Of a DNA stretch of 27,932 nucleotides, positions 1-8,927 are shown piece by piece (the first letter of the stretch is position 1; every line of letters begins with the position of its first letter). The DNA comes from an uncultured Deinococcaceae bacterium (GTDB lineage Bacteria; Deinococcota; Deinococci; Deinococcales; Deinococcaceae). The stretch covers positions 1-27,932 of the forward strand of contig CAXULY010000059.1 of assembly GCA_964252075.1 (NCBI GenBank). Reading direction: 5' to 3'. The notes beneath the pieces are model-generated. The model worked only from the letters and a program-made list of their open reading frames with translations, made no database searches and had not been told where the DNA came from. The position numbers and the translations under genes are program-made.

Positions 1-769
1 GGCCGGTGTGCCGCCGCGCCTGCTCGTCCAGGCCGCGCTGCGCGACGCGCCGGGCGGCGTCGTGCGCGAGTGCGCGGTCCCGGTAGCGCTCCGCCTCCGG
101 CGCGCGGCCCTGCGCCCACAGCTTGCAGGCACGCAGGGCGTCCCGGAAGGCCTGCACCCCGTGCTCCTCGTGGTCCCCGACGAGCGGCTGGCGCCTGGGC
201 TGGCTGGGCGTGCCGGCGTTCGCCAGGGCGCCCACATCGCGCGCCGCGGCCTCCACGAGCGCCTCCTGGTAGGGCGTGACGAGCCGCTGCCGGTAGGCAT
301 GGTCGGGGATGACGCGCCGCTCGTGGATGGCGCGGGCGATGGCGTTGATCTCGCGGCGCTCGTCGCCGGAGAGGTCGCGGTAGTCGTAGCCGCTGCGGGC
401 GTCCAGCAGCGGCGCCTCCGGCACGAAGGCTTCTTGCTCACGCGGTGGCGCGGCCTCCACCGGTGATTTCGGTTCGGGCACCTTCAGGACTTTCACCTGC
501 GAGATCCCGAAGGTTTCCTCGTGCCCATCCTGGAAGCGCACGCGCACCGTGGCGTGCTTCGCGGACAAGGACGGGGGTCGCACCACCTCCGCCGCCCGCC
601 CGGCGTACAGGGGGTTCCCGCGACCCTGGCCTGGGCGGTACTCCACCAGGGTGCCGACCTGGTACACGCGGCGCAGGCGCGCCTCCCGGTCGCGCTCCGC
701 CTGCAGTTCCTGCTGCCGCACGCGTGGCTGGCCGCCATGATCGCCGCGGGCCGTCCAGCGGCCGCTCAC
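1..769 (-). CDS. Hypothetical protein with N-terminal SH3/KOW-like barrel (3' end outside window; absent from ORF track)
   Basis: Manual translation from GTG 769, which overlaps the stop of the upstream gene (GTGA). Open to the window edge: ...YQVGTLVEYRPGQGRGNPLYAGRAAEVVR...ATVRVRFQDGHEETFGISQVKVL...; GC3-rich codons. Confidence 0.75.
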   Translation of the reverse strand, partial: MSGRWTARGDHGGQPRVRQQELQAERDREARLRRVYQVGTLVEYRPGQGRGNPLYAGRAAEVVRPPSLSAKHATVRVRFQDGHEETFGISQVKVLKVPEPKSPVEAAPPREQEAFVPEAPLLDARSGYDYRDLSGDERREINAIARAIHERRVIPDHAYRQRLVTPYQEALVEAAARDVGALANAGTPSQPRRQPLVGDHEEHGVQAFRDALRACKLWAQGRAPEAERYRDRALAHDAARRVAQRGLDEQARRHTG

Positions 770-1077
770 GGCCGCTCCACGGACGTCGGCGTGAGGGCGG
801 GCCCGTAGCGGTCGAAGTACCGGGAGAGCAGGGCCTCGCCCTCGCCGGTCAGCACGAGGCCTTCCAGGATGCGCTTTGTGGTGGGGTCCGACCAGCGCAC
901 CCAGCGCACGAGTTTCTGGTCGCGCAGGCCGCGCAGCACGCCGCGGCCGTACGGGGTCGGGTGGCCCTGCTCGTCAATGAACCCGGCGCGGGCGATGGCC
1001 TGCAGGGGATCGGTGGGCTCCCCGCTGAACACGGCAAGCAGGCGGTAGGAGTCGGGGATGGCCGGCTGGTCGCTCAA
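766..1077 (-). CDS. Small winged-helix protein, divergent relative of the 6.9-10.0 kb family
   Basis: LLAVFSGEP start and LRDQKLV...LVLTGEGEALL wing motif; GGAG upstream of TTG start. Confidence 0.7.
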   Translation of the reverse strand: MSDQPAIPDSYRLLAVFSGEPTDPLQAIARAGFIDEQGHPTPYGRGVLRGLRDQKLVRWVRWSDPTTKRILEGLVLTGEGEALLSRYFDRYGPALTPTSVERP

Positions 1078-1150
1078 GGCGTGGTCTCCAGGGTGCGCTG
1101 AAAAGGGAGATTTGGGCGACCGCGCAGGTCACCCACGGCGATGGGGGGGT

Positions 1151-1558
1151 TCATGGACGCACCTCGCGGATGTCGACGCGCACGTGGGGGCGGCCGATGC
1201 GCTGCACGACCTGCAGGGCCTTGACGTTGCCGGTCAGGCCGTACTCGCCGTCCTGGTCGTCGTGCAGGATGTCCAGGCCGTGCGGGTTGGTGGTGCGGTG
1301 CAGGCACCGCATCACGTCGATCAGCGGCTTGACCGCGGCGTACTTGTTGTCGGCATCGAAGGGGTTGGGGAGGGTGATGATCACCTTGAGGCGGTAGTGC
1401 TCGATGGGCGGTGTGGGGCGCAGGTGGCGCGGCAACGCGACCGCGACGGCCTGGCACACCTGCGCGCGGTGCCGCTGGTACTGGTGGGGGTTCATGCGGA
1501 TCAGGTCGTTCGTGCCGATCAGGACGAGGCCCGGCAGGTCAACGATCAGTCGGCGCAC
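1151..1558 (-). CDS. rusA: RusA-like Holliday junction resolvase
   Basis: FDADNKYAAVKPLID...ILHDD matches the RusA DxDNxxKxxxD...DD catalytic pattern; 135 aa; downstream of phage replication gene. Confidence 0.7.
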   Translation of the reverse strand: MRRLIVDLPGLVLIGTNDLIRMNPHQYQRHRAQVCQAVAVALPRHLRPTPPIEHYRLKVIITLPNPFDADNKYAAVKPLIDVMRCLHRTTNPHGLDILHDDQDGEYGLTGNVKALQVVQRIGRPHVRVDIREVRP

Positions 1559-1645
1559 GGCGCTCCAGCACCCAGGCCGGTGGGAAACACAAACCTACTG
1601 GAACCCGAAGTGAACCAAGCGTGCGAGAGGGGAAAAACAGTGATT

Positions 1646-1837
1646 TCACTGGGCACGGCGGGCGGCCTCCAGGAGCTGCTGGGCGGTCTCGGCGCAACGC
1701 TCGGCGACGTCGCGCGTGAGGGCGTCCGGGCCGCTGTGGACGATCATCTGCTCCTGCAACCTGAGCGCCACCCAGGTGACGTCGCTGAGGGGCTCGGCGA
1801 GCTTGTAGGAGGGGCGGTGGCGGGGCGTTTTGCTCAC
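1646..1837 (-). CDS. Small hypothetical protein
   Basis: GGAG RBS before GTG; helical 63-aa product; operon orientation. Confidence 0.6.
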   Translation of the reverse strand: MSKTPRHRPSYKLAEPLSDVTWVALRLQEQMIVHSGPDALTRDVAERCAETAQQLLEAARRAQ

Positions 1838-1995
1838 GTGTGTCTCCGGGGGAAGTGCAGGCGAAGGCGGGACAAGACAAGGACGCGGCGGTCGCGCGCC
1901 GCGAAGAAGACGATCTCGGCGTTCGTGACAGGACCACCCCTCCGTGCGGCGCGCGGAACGACGTCCTCAGCGTCGGTTTCCTGTCAAGCTGAGGC

Positions 1996-2394
1996 ATGAC
2001 GTCCGGCGCTGAGGTGCAGTTGGTCGGCCGGCAGGTGCTGGTGGGGGCGGCGGTGCTGACGGTGACCCTGGTGGCCCTGCGGCTCACCCAGGCGGGCACC
2101 GACCTGACCTTCACCGCCCTGCTGGTGGACCTGACGGTGGTGGGCGTCACCGCTGGCCTCTGGAGTGGCTTCGTTCGGTCCTGGCGGTCTTTCGCCCGCA
2201 CCTGGCTGGTGGCGTTCATCGTCCTCGCCGTGGGCGGCCAGCTGGCGCTCGCGGCACTGAACGGGTGGTCCCTGGCCTTCACGTGGGCGGCCAGCGCGTA
2301 CCTGTTGTTCCCAGCGGCGTACGCGCTGCTGGCGTTTTCCTTGGGCGGCCTGTGGCGCCTGCTTCGCCGCGCGAGGCGTGCCCGGCGCGGGTGA
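1996..2394 (+). CDS. Small integral membrane protein (~4 TM), opposite to the surrounding operon
   Basis: Four hydrophobic segments and a basic C-terminal tail RRARRARRG. Confidence 0.75.
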   Translation: MTSGAEVQLVGRQVLVGAAVLTVTLVALRLTQAGTDLTFTALLVDLTVVGVTAGLWSGFVRSWRSFARTWLVAFIVLAVGGQLALAALNGWSLAFTWAASAYLLFPAAYALLAFSLGGLWRLLRRARRARRG

Positions 2395-2421
2395 GGCGCT
2401 GAACCGCTGCGCGGCTGCCGG

Positions 2422-2631
2422 TCAGGAGCCGGCGCGGCCCCAGGTGGGCACGTCCTGCGCGAGTTGGGCGGCGCGGCGCTGGATCTGGGCGTCCGTCCAC
2501 ACGGTGTTCGTCTGGAGGCGCTCACTGCGGGCGTCGTCTTCGGCCATCTGGCGGTACCGGGCGCGCTCGGCGTCCGGCAGTGCGTCGAAGGCCGCCTGCC
2601 GACTGAGCAGGTGATCGAGGTCGTCTGGCAT
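2422..2631 (-). CDS. Small hypothetical protein (MPDDLDHLLSRQ...)
   Basis: GGAGGA RBS before ATG 2631, so start moved from the ORF-track 2748. Confidence 0.7.
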   Translation of the reverse strand: MPDDLDHLLSRQAAFDALPDAERARYRQMAEDDARSERLQTNTVWTDAQIQRRAAQLAQDVPTWGRAGS

Positions 2632-2701
2632 GGTCCTCCAATGCCGCGCGCCCACCACGGGGGCGAGCGCTGCGGGTGTAGCGTTGGGTTGTGGGGTGGC
2701 G

Positions 2702-3007
2702 CTAGAGCTTGAAGCCGAGGCGGGTCGCCTGCAGGCGGTCCCGGTCATTGGGCTTCAGGCCCGAGGCGATCAGCGAGACGTACAGCACGCCGCCGTGCGC
2801 GGCCATGATGGTGTGCCCACCGACCACGCCGAGCAGGGTGATGGTCACGGGTTCACCCGGGGCGGGGGCGTGCAGGAGCTCGTCGAGCGTCCACGTCCGC
2901 GCGGGTTTCTGCAGGCGCGGCAGCAGCTGGAAGCCGCCGGGTGGTGACTCGTCGCGCACGGTGTGGTTCCACGTGCCGGGCGACAACCACACCACCGGGG
3001 CCCTCAC
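2702..3007 (-). CDS. Hypothetical protein, paralog of 3272..3592
   Basis: GTG 3007 overlaps upstream stop; shares WLSPGT, RTWTLDELLH, MAAHxGVLY and QAxRLGF with 3272..3592. Confidence 0.8.
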   Translation of the reverse strand: MRAPVVWLSPGTWNHTVRDESPPGGFQLLPRLQKPARTWTLDELLHAPAPGEPVTITLLGVVGGHTIMAAHGGVLYVSLIASGLKPNDRDRLQATRLGFKL

Positions 3008-3222
3008 GGCGCTTGCGCCTGGTCGGTCGAGGGGCCGCGTGTGCGGCTGGGCTCGAAGTCCAGGTTGGTTGGGGCGCCGGCCGTACGGTCGGGGATCAGC
3101 CCTCGGCGGCGCGCCAGCGCCTGCATCGGACGGCGCACACTGCCGAAGACGTGCCGCTGCACCAGCATTTCCGCCTCGGCACGCAGGGTCTGGAGGTCCG
3201 TGTGGCGCGCAGGCGCTGCCAT
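3004..3222 (-). CDS. Small hypothetical protein
   Basis: CACAAT 7 nt before ATG 3222; stop coupled to the next gene. Confidence 0.5.
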   Translation of the reverse strand: MAAPARHTDLQTLRAEAEMLVQRHVFGSVRRPMQALARRRGLIPDRTAGAPTNLDFEPSRTRGPSTDQAQAP

Positions 3223-3271
3223 GCCATCCATTGTGCAACTGCGGGACCATGACGCGGCGATTGCGGGTGGG

Positions 3272-3592
3272 TCAATGGGGTTCGATCAGCAGGAACCCGA
3301 GGCGCTGTGCCTGCCCGCGGTCCTGCCGGGTGGGCGGCAATCCCGGTGCGGTGAGCGCGATGTACAGCACGCCAGCGTGCGCCGCCATGCGGGTGTTTCC
3401 ACCGAGGACGGTGTGCAGGTGCACCACGAGGGGGGGCGTCGGGGCGGTGGAGTGCAGGAGTTCGTCCAGGGTCCACGTGCGCTCCATGGGCCGCTCGAAC
3501 GCCCCATCCATCAAGCGAAACCGGCCGTGCGTTTCCGTGACCCGCACGGTCCACGTGCGGGTGCCGGGCGAAAGCCACACCCCCTGCCTCAA
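3272..3592 (-). CDS. Hypothetical protein, paralog of 2702..3007
   Basis: TTGA start/stop overlap with 3589..3804; motifs shared with 2702..3007. Confidence 0.8.
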   Translation of the reverse strand: MRQGVWLSPGTRTWTVRVTETHGRFRLMDGAFERPMERTWTLDELLHSTAPTPPLVVHLHTVLGGNTRMAAHAGVLYIALTAPGLPPTRQDRGQAQRLGFLLIEPH

Positions 3593-3804
3593 TTGAACTC
3601 CAGGTCGAGCTGGGCACGCCAGGCGTTCAGGCGCTCCAGGGCGCGGGAGGCCTCGACGACCGCCATCGCGTACTCCAGGAACACCGCGGCGCGCGTGTCC
3701 TCGGTGGGCGCCCGGTCGTACTGCCCGATGGCCTGACGCAGGAACGCGGCTGCAGCGGCCGGGCTGCCCAGCAGCTCCTGCAGTTCGGTGTCCGAGGGGT
3801 TCAT
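3589..3804 (-). CDS. Small helical hypothetical protein directly downstream of the initiator
   Basis: ATGA coupling with the initiator stop; 71 aa. Confidence 0.75.
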   Translation of the reverse strand: MNPSDTELQELLGSPAAAAAFLRQAIGQYDRAPTEDTRAAVFLEYAMAVVEASRALERLNAWRAQLDLEFN

Positions 3805-5300
3805 GACGCGACGGCCTCGGCGGGGGCGGGCGCGTGGAAGGCGTAGCGCTTCACGAGGCGGAACAGTTCGATGGTGGTGCCGTCACTCAGCACGCGCTTC
3901 GCGCCCTGCGCCTCCTGGATGGTGACGAGCTGGTCGTCCTCGCGGCGCCGCCACTGCGCGCCCACCCGGTAGTCCTCGGTGGGCTCACCGGGTTCAGGGG
4001 GGCGCTCCGCCTCCGCCTTGTGGGCCTTCCGGCCGGGTTCGTTTGTGACGCGGTACGCGGCGCCGCCCGGCACCTCGGCGGGCTTCGCGGCGCCCTCGAT
4101 GGTGTGCGCGGTGATGGGCGCGCCGATCAGGCGGTCCAAGCCGAGCGCGCTGAATTTCGCCATGCCGCCCGGGTGGTGCGCGTCCGCCTTGGCGGCCACC
4201 TGCGCGCTGAGCAGCTCCTCGTCCGTGAGGCGCAGCAACAGGTCGCGCGGGACGCCGCCCGTCTGCGTCGCGCCGCCCAGGTACGACTGCAGGTGCGCCA
4301 GCCGCTTGCGGTTGCTGGCGTTCAGCAGACCTTTGAGGATCACGCTGGGCTCCCGTACCGCGCGCGCTTCGAGCTCGGCGCGCGGTACGGCGCGCAGCGT
4401 GAGGATCGCGTACGGCGCCGAGGCCGGCGGAACGTTTTCAAAGGCGGTGGCCGGTTGGGCGGACTGCAAGGCTTGGGGCTGAGCTTGAACGGGTGCGGGT
4501 GCGGCGTCCGTTTCGCTCGGCCCGCCAGCGCCGGCGCCCTTGGGCGCCCTGGGCGGGCGTCCTCCCGGCTGGTCGAGCCGGGGCTGCCCGTGGGTGTTTG
4601 CTTCACCCGCAGCAGCACCCGGCACGGGAACTTCGGGCGCGTCCGTTTTCAATGGCTCGATGCTGCTTCTGTCTTGCAGGCTGTGTAAGGACTCCTGTGT
4701 AAGGACTCCTGTGTTATTGCTGCGGAGGTTTGTCCGGGTCAACGCGGAACTTTGTCCGGCTCGACCCGGAACTTCCTCCGCGTCCATTCGGACAATTGTC
4801 CGAGTGCTGTCGGCGTCCACGTCCGGGTGGTCCTCCGGGGCGTCCGCCGCGCCCGGATCGAGGTCCGGTCGTTCACGCCGGGCGTCCCAGTCATCCACGG
4901 CGTCCTGCACCGCCGCGCGCTGAAACAGCCACTGCGGCGTGCGGTCCCAGGCCTGCCGGGGGTTGTTGCGGGTGGCGAGGAAGCCGCGCTTCACGAGGCC
5001 CGCGAGCTTCATGCGGACGGTCTTCTCGTTGTAGACCCGCAGCAGTTCCTCCGCCCAGCCGTCGGCGTTCATGCGCACCCACAGCGCTTCGCTTTCCTCT
5101 TCGGGGTCGCCGCCGAGGCGGCTGGTTTTGTTCTTCGCGCGGGCCTGCTCGCGGTGCTTGAGTTTGTAGGTGTACCAGCGCTCCTGGGCGTTCAGGAGGT
5201 GCGCCTCGCAGGCGTCCCCCTCGCAGATGGCGAGGTACGCTTCGCGCAGCGCGAGGGTGCGCTGCCCGGCGGGCTGTCGGATGGCGGTGAAGTCGCTCAT
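3801..5300 (-). CDS. Phage-type replication initiator (N-terminal wHTH, lambda O / replisome-organizer-like architecture)
   Basis: WVRMNADGWAEELL...EKTVRMKLAGLVKRGFL...WDRTPQW wHTH, followed by a linker that encodes iterons. Likely start ATG 5300 (MSDFTAIRQP). Confidence 0.75.
   Translation of the reverse strand: MSDFTAIRQPAGQRTLALREAYLAICEGDACEAHLLNAQERWYTYKLKHREQARAKNKTSRLGGDPEEESEALWVRMNADGWAEELLRVYNEKTVRMKLAGLVKRGFLATRNNPRQAWDRTPQWLFQRAAVQDAVDDWDARRERPDLDPGAADAPEDHPDVDADSTRTIVRMDAEEVPGRAGQSSALTRTNLRSNNTGVLTQESLHSLQDRSSIEPLKTDAPEVPVPGAAAGEANTHGQPRLDQPGGRPPRAPKGAGAGGPSETDAAPAPVQAQPQALQSAQPATAFENVPPASAPYAILTLRAVPRAELEARAVREPSVILKGLLNASNRKRLAHLQSYLGGATQTGGVPRDLLLRLTDEELLSAQVAAKADAHHPGGMAKFSALGLDRLIGAPITAHTIEGAAKPAEVPGGAAYRVTNEPGRKAHKAEAERPPEPGEPTEDYRVGAQWRRREDDQLVTIQEAQGAKRVLSDGTTIELFRLVKRYAFHAPAPAEAVAS
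4681..4802. repeat. Putative replication origin: four 22-bp-period iterons (CGGA-N6-TCCG) plus adjacent 14-bp tandem repeat
   Basis: CGGAGGTTTGTCCG 4723, CGGAACTTTGTCCG 4745, CGGAACTTCCTCCG 4767, CGGACAATTGTCCG 4789; CTGTGTAAGGACTC at 4681 and 4695, partial copy at 4709. Confidence 0.8.
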
Positions 5301-5600
5301 GCCCGCCACGGGGTTGTCAACCACGAGCGGTGCTCGGGTGGGTGGTGCGTTGGGTTCACGGTCTGGGTTCTCGCGCGGTCCCCGTTCTCGGGGTGGTGGG
5401 CCCGCCACAGGCCATGCCGTTCTGATTGACGGCACCCACCTCCTCCGCTAGGATGTGGGACAGGGCTGGGGCTCACGCCCCGGTTAAAAGAACCCGACCA
5501 AGAGTTCTCTGCTGTACAGACCGCCACCTGGTGCCACCCGGGTGGCGGTCGCCTTTGAGGGGTTTCGGTCCTCGCCGGTTGCACGCAGATTAGCACGCTC

Positions 5601-6404
5601 TTAGGGATTCGTGTATTGAGTGACAGTGCTTGTGGGACGCTGCGGAGGGCGTTCCAGCCACGGGTGGCGCTCGAGGTGGGCGATCTCCGCGTCGAGGTCT
5701 GCTTCGTTCATGCCGCGCACGTGCGCTTCGCGCGCCTGGTGCATGAAGGGCGTCAGCAGTGAGTTCGGCCGGGCCGCGAGGATGCGCTGGCGTTTCGCGT
5801 CGCGCCGGGCGGCGTCGAGGTAAGCCTGGCGGGCTTCTTCGACCTCCTGGCGCTCACGCGCCGTCAGGACTTTTGGGCGGACGGTGAGCCAACGGATGCG
5901 GCCACCGGCGCGCACCTCGCGCGTGGCGTCCTCCCAGCCGAGCGCCCGCTCGGCGCGCTGGGCGTCCTCGGTGGTCGCCGGGGCGTCCTTGCGGCGCAGG
6001 CCGACGTACGGGCCGCGCGCGTCGTGGTGCACCAGCACGGTCAGGTGACCAGCGACCTCCTGCCGTTGCGGTTGCCCGCCGTCGCGCGCCCGTTGGAGCA
6101 TCTCCGGCAGGACCGCCTCGAGGGTCGGCAGGTCCGGAGCCCCAGGGTCGTCCTCCCAGGGAAGGGGCGGCCCGGGCGCGGCCTGCCGGGCCGGTTCGGG
6201 CATCTCGTCCGGTGGTGACCTGGACGCCTCGAGCGCGTGTACGGTGCGCGCCAGGGCGAACTCGGCGCTGAGGCGTTCCACGGTGTGTCCGAGTCGCTCG
6301 TGCGCGTGCACGAACATGCAGGTCACGTCCGGGTGGTCGTCGCAGGTGGCGCCCGCCAGGTGCCCGTGCGGCCCGAAGGCCAGCAGCATGCCCGGTGCAC
6401 TCAC
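5601..6404 (-). CDS. Hypothetical protein
   Basis: GTG 6404 overlaps the stop of 6401..6661; the ORF-track N-terminal extension to 6689 is a shadow of that gene. Confidence 0.7.
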   Translation of the reverse strand: MSAPGMLLAFGPHGHLAGATCDDHPDVTCMFVHAHERLGHTVERLSAEFALARTVHALEASRSPPDEMPEPARQAAPGPPLPWEDDPGAPDLPTLEAVLPEMLQRARDGGQPQRQEVAGHLTVLVHHDARGPYVGLRRKDAPATTEDAQRAERALGWEDATREVRAGGRIRWLTVRPKVLTARERQEVEEARQAYLDAARRDAKRQRILAARPNSLLTPFMHQAREAHVRGMNEADLDAEIAHLERHPWLERPPQRPTSTVTQYTNP

Positions 6405-6661
6405 GGCCAGGGCCCCGCGGGTGGCGGTTGCGGGCCGTGCTCCAGCTGGAGGGCGAGACGCCGCAGGGCTTGCGCGAACAGCACCTGCGCGTGTCGGCGC
6501 TCGGGCAGGTGCGTGACGATCGTGGCGGGCAGGTGGCCGTCCGGGTCGAACTCCACCACGATCACCAGCGCCGCACAGCCGCGCCCCCCAGCGTCCATGG
6601 CGAGGTCCCGGCCCAGCCGCTCGAGGTGGTGGAGGTCGGTGCCGCTGGTTCCAGCCGTCAT
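6401..6661 (-). CDS. Small hypothetical protein, first gene of the leftward replication operon
   Basis: ALVIVVEFDPDG beta-strand core; stop coupled to the next gene. Confidence 0.7.
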   Translation of the reverse strand: MTAGTSGTDLHHLERLGRDLAMDAGGRGCAALVIVVEFDPDGHLPATIVTHLPERRHAQVLFAQALRRLALQLEHGPQPPPAGPWP

Positions 6662-6925
6662 GGGCACCCCTGCCCGCTGAGGCGCGCAAGTGGCGTGAAC
6701 AAAACGGGCATGGGGGAACCCGCGTGAAGAGGCTGAGGGGGCGGGTCGATCGGTCCGAAAGGGATCATAGAACCTCCAGAGGCAAGCGGCTCAACTGATG
6801 CGGATGTGGAAGGGCCGACCTGTGCTGTGGCGTGGGCGCACTACACGAATGGAAGGGGTGTGGATGTCGCGCGGTCTTGTTCGTTCTCGTCCAGGACGCT
6901 CAGGCGTGCCCGGTAGGCTGGGGGA

Positions 6926-7447
6926 ATGAGGGACCTGGACCACGACCTGCTGCGGGCGTTTCCCGAGCAACCCGTGCGCCGCCGGGCGTTCAGGTCGGAC
7001 CTGTTGAAGCGCTGGAGTCACAGCGCGGTGCAGGGCGCCCTCGCCCGACTCATGCAGGTGGGGTTGGTCGCGCGGGTGTCGCGCGGCGTGTACGTCCTCA
7101 CGGACGCGGGGCGGGCGGCGCGCGCGGCGGAACGCGCCGCACCCCCTGGAGACCGGCCCGTCCCTGAGGGTCCGCCGACCGTGCCGTCCAGCGCGATGGG
7201 CGTCCGTCCCCGTCGAATGCTGGCACTGGACCGCGCCCTCCTGCTGGCGTTCGCGCCTGGACCGGTGGCGCGCCGCGCGGTGGTGGCGGCCCTCCAGGGT
7301 CGTCAGCCGTGTGGGGCGATGCAGAACGCCTTCGAGCGGCTCCTGGAGGGGCAGTTCATTGAGCGGATCTCACGGGGCGTGTACGCCCTGACCGCGTTTG
7401 GGCAGGAGGCGCAAGCCGCCCTTCAGCGGGCGGTGCATGGGCCCTGA
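6926..7447 (+). CDS. Tandem (2x) winged-helix protein, Mrr_N/AbiEi-N-like family
   Basis: Two copies of LDxxLLxAF...RLxxxxxxxRxSRGVYxLTxxG; TAGGCT 6 nt before ATG. Confidence 0.85.
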   Translation: MRDLDHDLLRAFPEQPVRRRAFRSDLLKRWSHSAVQGALARLMQVGLVARVSRGVYVLTDAGRAARAAERAAPPGDRPVPEGPPTVPSSAMGVRPRRMLALDRALLLAFAPGPVARRAVVAALQGRQPCGAMQNAFERLLEGQFIERISRGVYALTAFGQEAQAALQRAVHGP

Positions 7448-7574
7448 GGATGTCGAAGGTCAACGTGAACCCCACGCCCCGCTGGGTTGAAGCGTGCCCA
7501 GCCTGCGCTGGGCCGCGTGGGTGAAGCGAACGCAACTCTCATTGTTGAGCTTGTGTGTTGCGTACGCTCGGGCG

Positions 7575-7805
7575 ATGAAGGGTCTGGAGCGTGACGTACT
7601 GATGGCGTTCCCGGAGCAGGCCGTTCAACGCATGGCGTTCGTGCGCTCACTGCCGGTGCGCTGGGGGCGCGGCGCGGTCGATCACGCCATGGACCGCCTG
7701 CTGGCGGCGGGGCTGATTGAGCGACGGTCACGTGGCGTGTACGCCCTCACCGACGCGGGGCGCGCTGAGCGGCAGGCCGTCGGGGTCATCCCTCAACGAC
7801 CGTGA
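7575..7805 (+). CDS. Single-domain winged-helix protein (same family)
   Basis: MKGLERDVLMAFPEQ...GLIERRSRGVYALTDAGRA; TACGCT 6 nt before ATG 7575. Confidence 0.85.
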   Translation: MKGLERDVLMAFPEQAVQRMAFVRSLPVRWGRGAVDHAMDRLLAAGLIERRSRGVYALTDAGRAERQAVGVIPQRP

Positions 7806-7891
7806 TCGGGTCGTGCAGGCCGTCGCAATGCCGGTCCTGCGGTCGGGCGCTGTTCCTTCTGGCCTTTACTTCCGCTCGGTACGGTCAGGGG

Positions 7892-8122
7892 ATGAAGTCG
7901 ATGGACCGGGCGGTGCTGGCGGTGTTTCCCGAGCAGCCGGTTGGACTCATGGCCTTCGTGTCGCACCTGCCCCTGCGCTGGAGCCGTGGTTCGGTGAATC
8001 ACGCGATTCGGCGGCTGGTGCGTTCGGGGCTGCTGGTGCGCGCGTCGCGCGGCGTGTACGCGCTCACGGACGCGGGGCGGGCGGCGCGCGCGGCCTTTTC
8101 AGCCGTGCCCAAAGCCGGTTGA
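7892..8122 (+). CDS. Single-domain winged-helix protein (same family)
   Basis: MKSMDRAVLAVFPEQ...SRGVYALTDAGRA; TACGGT 6 nt before ATG 7892. Confidence 0.85.
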   Translation: MKSMDRAVLAVFPEQPVGLMAFVSHLPLRWSRGSVNHAIRRLVRSGLLVRASRGVYALTDAGRAARAAFSAVPKAG

Positions 8123-8156
8123 GGTGAGGGGCCGGTCGATCCGTGCCTCGTCGTCC

Positions 8157-8582
8157 ATGAAGGAGCGTGCCCGCCGCCTGATGGGGCGCCACGGCGACCT
8201 GACGCTGTTCGCGCTCGCCACGCAGGTGGGCCGCGACGGCACCACCGTGCGCGCCGAGGCGCTCGAGCTGGTCCATGGGGGAATCGAGGACGCGACCCTC
8301 GTGGGGATCTCGGTGCGGTGGGTGCGTCAGGACGGCCGGGCGTGCAGCGCTGAGCTGTGGGTGGTGCGCCCGCTGACGTCCAGCAGCCCCTGCGTGCTGC
8401 TGGACGACGCGGACCTCGCGCGTCTGGGGCAGGCGGGCGGGGACCATGCCCTGCACACCGAAGATGGCCTGCGGCACGTGACCCTGACGGTCCTCAAGGC
8501 GGATGCGCTGGAGCAGCTGACGTTCACGTACGAGAACTGGGGGAACGCCACGCCGCACCTGGCGGTGGAAGTGCACCCTTAA
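8157..8582 (+). CDS. Unknown beta-rich protein, family X copy 1
   Basis: Shares DGTTxRAEALELV, CVLLDDxDLAxLxQAGGD, TEDGxRHVTLTVL and PHLxVE with 10086..10517; start 8124 or 8157. Confidence 0.8.
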   Translation: MKERARRLMGRHGDLTLFALATQVGRDGTTVRAEALELVHGGIEDATLVGISVRWVRQDGRACSAELWVVRPLTSSSPCVLLDDADLARLGQAGGDHALHTEDGLRHVTLTVLKADALEQLTFTYENWGNATPHLAVEVHP

Positions 8583-8927
8583 AGGCGGCCTGGAGGACGC
8601 CCTCCCGGGGTGGCGCACCGGCGGTTCGGATGGCCCGCGCATCGCGTCGGTCTTGGTGGGGTGGAAAAACGGAGGTGGCGTCATGGATCTCCTCTGGGGG
8701 TGACCCGTCCCCCACCCGATGCGCCAGGCCAAGCGTCGGGGGAGGCCGCTGCGGTCCGGGGGGTGTGTCATGGGTCCTCCTGCAGGTGAGGGAAGGGTGT
8801 TCAGCGGTGGCCAGTCGCGGCTGGGGTCGAACCGGCGGCGCGCTGCCGATCAGCAGGGCCACGGTGCCCCACGGTGTCGTGTGCAGCGGCCTGTCGTGGG
8901 CGGGTCGATGACCGCGTAAGCTGGGCT

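Noticed and set aside
4681..4802. Possible CRISPR or mini-array
   Set aside because: Period of 22 bp with 8-bp gaps, inside a CDS, no cas genes; fits iterons.
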